This document shows, piece after piece, positions 60,201 through 64,000 of a stretch of 64,000 bases of DNA (positions are counted from its first letter, which is position 1; the number at the start of each line of letters is the position of its first letter). The position numbers and the translations under genes are program-made. Below the pieces are notes generated by a model. The model was not told the DNA's origin. It was given only the letters and a program-made list of their open reading frames with translations, and searched no databases. Source of the DNA: a virus; IMG/VR virus record IMGVR_UViG_3300038620_000126, positions 46,247-110,246 of that record; one strand, 5' to 3'.

Positions 60201-63144
60201 TTTCAAAACGAAGAATATCACCCTTTTCAAAATAATTAATTATGTAATAAGAAGCTCTTTCTTTTTTATTGGTTGGGCTAAGTTCAAATTTATAAACCGT
60301 ACCATCATCTTTAATTGCAACAGCACCATCGTACTTATAATTGGGTTCAACATCATCTACTAAAATAACATACTTTCCAGAATTTGGAATTTCAACTTCA
60401 AAATTTGCAGAACTAAAAGTTATACTAGGATTTGTAATAGATGGTGGGTTTGTAGTATCTTCGGACGGACTATTAGCACTAAACTCTTTAACTAAGTTAA
60501 AATTTCTAAGAATTTTTCTACTTAAAATATTTAAAAAATCAGCATAACGCTTAGTTGATGCATCTAAATACAACCTATCAAAAATCTTAGGATTACTAGT
60601 GGTAAGACCTGCTTCATTAAGCTGATCTAAAATATACTTTACATCTTTTGTTGTTCCATTTGTTAAAAGATACTTGGCGTTAAGTATAACTGGGTTTCCA
60701 CTTTTAACAGTAAACTCTTTTACGGGTAAACCATCTTCATCATAAGTTCCAACAAATGCATTCTTTCTGAACGTTTTATTTAACCCTCTGGCAATTCGCC
60801 CAAGCGTGGTTAAGTTGGGATTAGGAGAACCAGAAAAAACATTTGTACTAATAGAACTATCAATAAGTTCTTGTGCTAATGTTGCATTAAAAAAATCAAT
60901 AAAAGTTATACCACTGGGAGCATATCCATCTAATTCTCTAGAATTAAAGGTTTTTCCATTGTATTCAATAGTTGATGATGTATTACCATTATCTAAAACA
61001 ATATAAACATCTCCGGGAATTATCTGACCCGAACGTACATTAAAAAATTCTTTATATTCATTTAAGTAATTAGTTGAATATTGTGTAGATAAATAACGAT
61101 TATCAAAATCCACTAATGGGTAAAATGAAAAAATTCCAAACAATGGATTAAACGGATTAGCCCAATTAAATGTATTAGAATTATCAATTAAAATTTCATC
61201 ATTTTCATTACCTACTACAATAATTTTTTTATCTATGTTGTTAAAACTTTCAACATTAAACTGTGCATCAAAAATTTCGTCATTAAGATTATCCACAAAA
61301 GCAACAATAGGACGCCACCCCGATTTGCATTTTACATATCCATTAGGATTAATTTGAGAAGCAACATCACCATCTACAATCAGTTTATTTTCTCCCCGGA
61401 TTTCACCACCACTTAACTTATTATTTGATGAAATTAAATTTCCAGTTTCATCAATAATTTCAATAGAGTACTGGTTTCCTATACTACCAACATCAGAGTA
61501 AATATAAACCACATTATCTTGAGCATAGCTATTGATAGTAAATCCAAAATTTGGATTATTTGAAATTGCATTTGAAAGTGCAATTGCTATTTGTTCTTTA
61601 TTGCCTTCAGGGTGAAAATAAAAACCATCTGTACTAGTTCCAGGTACATGACTTTCTACATTCGGTAACCTATCTGCATATACTCTACCAATTTCCCGCT
61701 TCGAGTTTTTTACAATAATTTGAGTTCCATTTTTTAATTCACCCTCAACAGAAACTTTAACGTTGGCTCTGGTAGAATCCGTATAAAGCCTTCCAGTTTC
61801 TGAATTAGTAAAAGGCTCAACACCAAAGAATTCATCTAATACAACCCCCTCCCGCAAAAGTTCATATTCATTACTTTCAACATTATTAATTTTGTAAAGA
61901 TTGCGATTTTTACTTTTAACATATCCAATAGCATTGGTGTTCTGAAAATCTTGTTTATTCCACAAATAACCTTTAGACTTTTCAGAATTATATGGAAGCG
62001 TAAATGTTTTAGAATCTATTACTTGATTTTTTGCACTAGGGTTAAAAGGATTAAAATCCTTAACAGAGTAAAGCTCTTTTATTTTGTTTAAATCAGGTTC
62101 TATTTCACCCAAATCAAAGTCATCAACATACATCCCAAAATAACGATTAATTTCATAGTTTTCAGCATTTGGATCATTAAAAAGAAATTCAAGATTAATG
62201 ATATTGGGGCATATAACACCATTTCTTTCAAAACCATTTGTTACAAATTGATCAAATTCAGTAACAGACTTTTCGGATTTAAGATAATCAGTAAAATCTT
62301 CACCAACTTGAGAAAGTTTACCATCACTTAATTTTATACCTCCATAAAAAGCAAGTTCATCTTCCTTAAAATTAAAGAACAAAGGAGAATCTGGAAAATT
62401 TTCATTTGTTTTAAAATTACGAATATAAGAACCGATTGAACTGTTTTCACTAAGGTCAAAATTAGCTATTATTTCAGCATCTTCAATATAGTTCTTAAAA
62501 TATTCATAACTTATTACATTTTCTAACTGATTATTTTCATCAGTATCTACAACTTTCACATTTATAACTTCTGGGCTATAATTTGGATTAGCCGAAGCCA
62601 CGAAAGTATTACCTTCAGTTATGGTATTGTCGTCATAAGATATTTGCCCCCTTACAACCTTATAGGTTTTTCCCTCAATTAATGAACCCGATTCAACATT
62701 TGCAAATGGGTTATTAGTAATGGGATCTCGAACTTTAAATATAACAAAGCGGGAAGGTATATTCTCTTTTAACCAGATAGGAGCAAATATGGAAAAATCT
62801 TCATTGTACCCCTTTTCTGGGTAAGTTACACCATAATTATAAAAATCCTCGAACTGTAAAAAGTAATTTTGCTTAACGGTTCCTATATCATCATTTTCCC
62901 GAAACACATCGAAAACAAATTCTGACGGGGTATCACCAAACTTAAAAAAACTAGCAACATCTAAATGATAATCTGAACCAGGATTAATTCGAACCCGTTT
63001 ATATTCATCTTTACTAAGTTCAGAATTTGCAGAAAAGGAATTAAACCATAAACGGTTATGGCTATCAACAGTCAATTTTAAATTACCTGATAACTTCGGA
63101 TTAGTACGAATTAAAGACTTACTAGTTTTTTCTTCTAATTTCAA
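54211..63144 (-). CDS. giant (2977 aa) putative virion structural protein
   Basis: Uninterrupted 8.9-kb ORF, TTG start, AATAAATA at 63155-63162, adjacent to the fibre gene. Confidence 0.7.
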   Translation of the reverse strand: MKLEEKTSKSLIRTNPKLSGNLKLTVDSHNRLWFNSFSANSELSKDEYKRVRINPGSDYHLDVASFFKFGDTPSEFVFDVFRENDDIGTVKQNYFLQFEDFYNYGVTYPEKGYNEDFSIFAPIWLKENIPSRFVIFKVRDPITNNPFANVESGSLIEGKTYKVVRGQISYDDNTITEGNTFVASANPNYSPEVINVKVVDTDENNQLENVISYEYFKNYIEDAEIIANFDLSENSSIGSYIRNFKTNENFPDSPLFFNFKEDELAFYGGIKLSDGKLSQVGEDFTDYLKSEKSVTEFDQFVTNGFERNGVICPNIINLEFLFNDPNAENYEINRYFGMYVDDFDLGEIEPDLNKIKELYSVKDFNPFNPSAKNQVIDSKTFTLPYNSEKSKGYLWNKQDFQNTNAIGYVKSKNRNLYKINNVESNEYELLREGVVLDEFFGVEPFTNSETGRLYTDSTRANVKVSVEGELKNGTQIIVKNSKREIGRVYADRLPNVESHVPGTSTDGFYFHPEGNKEQIAIALSNAISNNPNFGFTINSYAQDNVVYIYSDVGSIGNQYSIEIIDETGNLISSNNKLSGGEIRGENKLIVDGDVASQINPNGYVKCKSGWRPIVAFVDNLNDEIFDAQFNVESFNNIDKKIIVVGNENDEILIDNSNTFNWANPFNPLFGIFSFYPLVDFDNRYLSTQYSTNYLNEYKEFFNVRSGQIIPGDVYIVLDNGNTSSTIEYNGKTFNSRELDGYAPSGITFIDFFNATLAQELIDSSISTNVFSGSPNPNLTTLGRIARGLNKTFRKNAFVGTYDEDGLPVKEFTVKSGNPVILNAKYLLTNGTTKDVKYILDQLNEAGLTTSNPKIFDRLYLDASTKRYADFLNILSRKILRNFNLVKEFSANSPSEDTTNPPSITNPSITFSSANFEVEIPNSGKYVILVDDVEPNYKYDGAVAIKDDGTVYKFELSPTNKKERASYYIINYFEKGDILRFEKNIMFISFEKFYTTLLSDLINRNEFKSFYPFLTLDENEKYFIKYEWISKKLPLFEQDTQSSEFKLKTFNPSQFANVVNSNDLDFYVFDENTIEFEEDLKDFIGIKGLVPNESTNIENTVNAKYDSLISLNLSSEYEHYKELFNTELFPLGKLSPSIAKWRLKGGKDVRGNPYRLNANDAFGPQNFSPSFDLSDNDPTKFTHEWYYLEGTPETYGLSDKNVSYFNKDFSIHNYLNPYYDYFLDYFTVEDVESKDEKTFEFTLDNIEFEFPYTRFDYTYDNSSEEFDFSNLSVPLQDLIETQVKQNGKKFQPNTPNGRWVNDNPHHCLVYLNVSEVDVQDITDLIGGTFSYSYDEFGSTANLEIRNVYYDTKNNENKVVLDCISDIKIWYEPSIKILHDGVTGPRDDYEVPQKPISFELTEKEQNVNYPNILYTSSNNKDVSQDFVLNNANQYPTGLNPNHPVSVNLNSQLSHVETTVKFDSNGKKFYEVNLPNFVLETEDEFNSQTGFLDIVVGIKPFNVYEKSGGSTFYNLMPDFLELEFLENFNSSFYDIVDKGIVYEHVIENGVPVNKAFKCFEINIQNSQEKTYKILFGEISVYNPALISLTNPNSTQSIGFNLNYEEDTQKQTLKVPVLVQQGDYNFNQVPLPVLHPYVISNTPYATIPVYGEKNKVDVLDKNISYEVTQTDVNNGYLSVSLDYEYQRPPSSNDNNSNPENEPPLDYDLTSFEISETEVKTFNFQININQLNDNISRIDLGNQPFSWDFAPAYINYGSLYITNITDDDLNTINAGDKLSVKLRDSYIYYSESSTDNTPIKNNYGIFNGEPVGLGQSYYPKHYDTFDTKNYFGMRLKVPNLINPDYENPNENALVYKKEGYRLNSAYNWDATNFSNQPVSSQVNRFYPVVSISDYQNKSNSWNTSQTLKPITYKVYNKYGRFSDNKGRFLLLIIYGIDHKNSEYSNVNKVVKNNLKLNEREIPSSGQGLNFIINVANGAVLDNIFPPLLEDTSLGVKVEHKITKTGPKTFNIVRDFININSNLVLSSEVSNIINVENEMLEFFNPQIYTNEKFDTNYHNIGQSVSRNFYYNVSSVELRDLGTNTLPKVSYKKKEKFKLNERQQRFSLFEYNSNFGTSFTFFRGGRLEIKERADTSTPVNFNLDDIPIVADSNRFDNYKFSVLMRFNKNSGNEFNTPYSIRFIENKAFETIVMLIDVYLEDYKLLKGNYDEVIKDFNEYKFTPTYTALYSLNDLKWKKDHFNNNIFHYEYGIPFIYDSYLSQISYSSQGNELFSTYGPPPANQKAPFFTYGVWINDKLDLTQSDYEQIPTMLSETESFVGKQLKQVNIGKYENFPFYVGGTKEILDKSNKVNDYSSLIIFDSESTGRIGSRWYNIYNSYKSDFSLVNNNWGLLEQNDSLRYYERIYANPDNNFPKFDKSSNNFSPKFNGHLQNSGKTLYPNPSSSIISFYDPVLREGSLPYHLPINEINTFSIGFEPSVASSAVINVEDQFIYSSPWIVKNSLFGNFNVDETSYFYEYGGVSYFQDVIKDLSYSSIAEMVNNGNPLVGYESYDWDNNGNQIKTTNEFLIEFVKYDTFTKNEDVNVVKDTNKPGELQLKDTIGYNLESFDLSKPKNFNRFSGYYEPIFYNLLSFCSYDLPVSVDYMFTKFLNVYPNLYQTPVEFNNYTEAIFDENPLTTFNIETINETFDTTFQELKTSLNRFKNDNIEFSKNQLFLENVEINYNENIGKIPEEWYLRINYENQNILNLSNNQVFPSFYFLVGENSINNRSMPIWLSNWDSGYYRKTNLNKQDIPIVGSREFVEEKAYMGSKRMAIPKRLYFETFKSTEVNDINNISTKVFEGNDIFHQRNGLQLNFKINLKRRMLENFVEQSRSYFENYINPDWSNFSSNGSIDDYIRRYFDANVVNEYTLKNLILFTKTLKQNQQIELVQTNISDTQKFQNGFIPNKNVSINSISEDLVITGTYRLNDNSTNAVSFSVELEKE

Positions 63145-63183
63145 TATTTTTTATTATTTATTTTAGTTTTTATTGGAATAAAA

Positions 63184-64000
63184 TTAAAGGTTCTTAAGTT
63201 TATGAAGAACTTTCTTCATTTTTTGGTTGATATCAATATCTGCATTTCTTACAAAAAATCCATTATTATTAAGACGATATTCAATATCTTCTATTATTAT
63301 ATCTTTATGATCAGCTAACCAATGTTGTAGTTCATCATTATCTGTGCTTATCATTTGGTTTAGCCCTTTATATATAATATAGTCATTTATTGGAATTTCT
63401 TGTGCTTTACGTAAATCACTGCGTTTTCCATAAGTATAATATGAAATAAGTTTATAAGCTTCATAGTTTTCTTTAACTTTTTGATATGTTTTATAAAGTT
63501 GTTTATTAAATTTTTTTAAATATTTGTTTCCTAAGGCGTTATAAGTATTATCTGGAAAAATGCTTAATACAGCTTTCTTAAAGTTTTTGAATGTAAACTT
63601 TTCTTTGGGATCCATCATAAGACTTCTTAAAGCGGCAATAAATGCTGCCCCACTATTAGCAAAATATTCAACTGGATTATTAATATAATCTGAAAGAGAA
63701 AGTTTGTTTTGATCTTTATAGAGATAACCTTGTGATTTCATAATCTCTTTATTGGGGTATCGAATTTTATCTAAGTAATGTAAAACTTCATGTGTAAGTG
63801 TAGAGTTATCATAATCAAGTTTCATATTATTTGTATCTATGTTTCTAATAACATTTCCATAAATTCCAATAATATTTTTATCAATACTAAAACTTCCAAA
63901 CTCACGGAATGACTCCTTAGTAAAAAAAACTATTTTTAACGGTTCTTTTTCATTAGTTCTAAAAACACTAAATATTGAATTAGAATCAACTTTATCAAAA
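63184..64000 (-). CDS. zincin-like metallopeptidase, paralog of 31624..32700 (5' end outside the window)
   Basis: HEVLH...YINNPVEYFAN...LYKTYQKVKENYEAY; frame stays open from 63825 to the window end. Confidence 0.75.
   Translation of the reverse strand, partial: FDKVDSNSIFSVFRTNEKEPLKIVFFTKESFREFGSFSIDKNIIGIYGNVIRNIDTNNMKLDYDNSTLTHEVLHYLDKIRYPNKEIMKSQGYLYKDQNKLSLSDYINNPVEYFANSGAAFIAALRSLMMDPKEKFTFKNFKKAVLSIFPDNTYNALGNKYLKKFNKQLYKTYQKVKENYEAYKLISYYTYGKRSDLRKAQEIPINDYIIYKGLNQMISTDNDELQHWLADHKDIIIEDIEYRLNNNGFFVRNADIDINQKMKKVLHKLKNL

Noticed and set aside
924-61006. Short ORFs antisense to or nested in long genes (e.g. 924..1142, 4552..4857, 5365..5784, 9076..9318, 10784..11071, 17539..17799, 55378..61006 set)
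   Set aside because: Shadow ORFs of real genes, with no leaders or motifs
1-64000. Stop-codon reassignment (TAG to Gln) as in some Bacteroidota phages
   Set aside because: Long genes are intact in the standard code, coding density is high, TAG ends genes normally (e.g. 9335, 28137) and no suppressor tRNA is seen

Overview
This AT-rich window is a segment of a large T4-like (myovirus-type) jumbo phage genome in the standard genetic code. The host is probably a Bacteroidota member, since there are three TTGAC-N17-TATATTTG promoters matching the TAnnTTTG -7 box and A-rich leaders without Shine-Dalgarno sites. Virion genes include the major capsid protein, a prohead protease-scaffold fusion, gp14-like neck, gp15-like tail terminator, gp6-like baseplate wedge, fibre proteins, a 2977-aa structural protein and a spanin-like protein. 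A replication/early cluster carries a family B DNA polymerase lacking its C-terminal half, an AAA ATPase, a DNA methyltransferase, a degenerate Dam-like protein and a HAD phosphatase. dCTP deaminase, a sigma-like factor, two tRNAs and a Hef-like endonuclease lie elsewhere. The most striking signal is that about 12 genes, with mostly unrelated bodies, start with the same short peptide, (K/R)(L/I)(P/K)(T/S/N)F-x-(E/Q/N)-(F/Y)-(I/L/V)-x-E. It resembles the T4 capsid-targeting sequence and ends in a putative prohead-protease site. Most of these genes sit behind an AATAAATA late-promoter motif, and two share a 90-bp near-identical terminator-promoter-tag module. Their cargoes include ADP-ribosyltransferase-like, HExxH metallopeptidase and LRR domains, and a T3 SAM-lyase-like gene lies within one tagged cluster. 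I infer a modular system of head-packaged, co-injected effectors. All family assignments are by eye from motifs and need HMM or structure confirmation.
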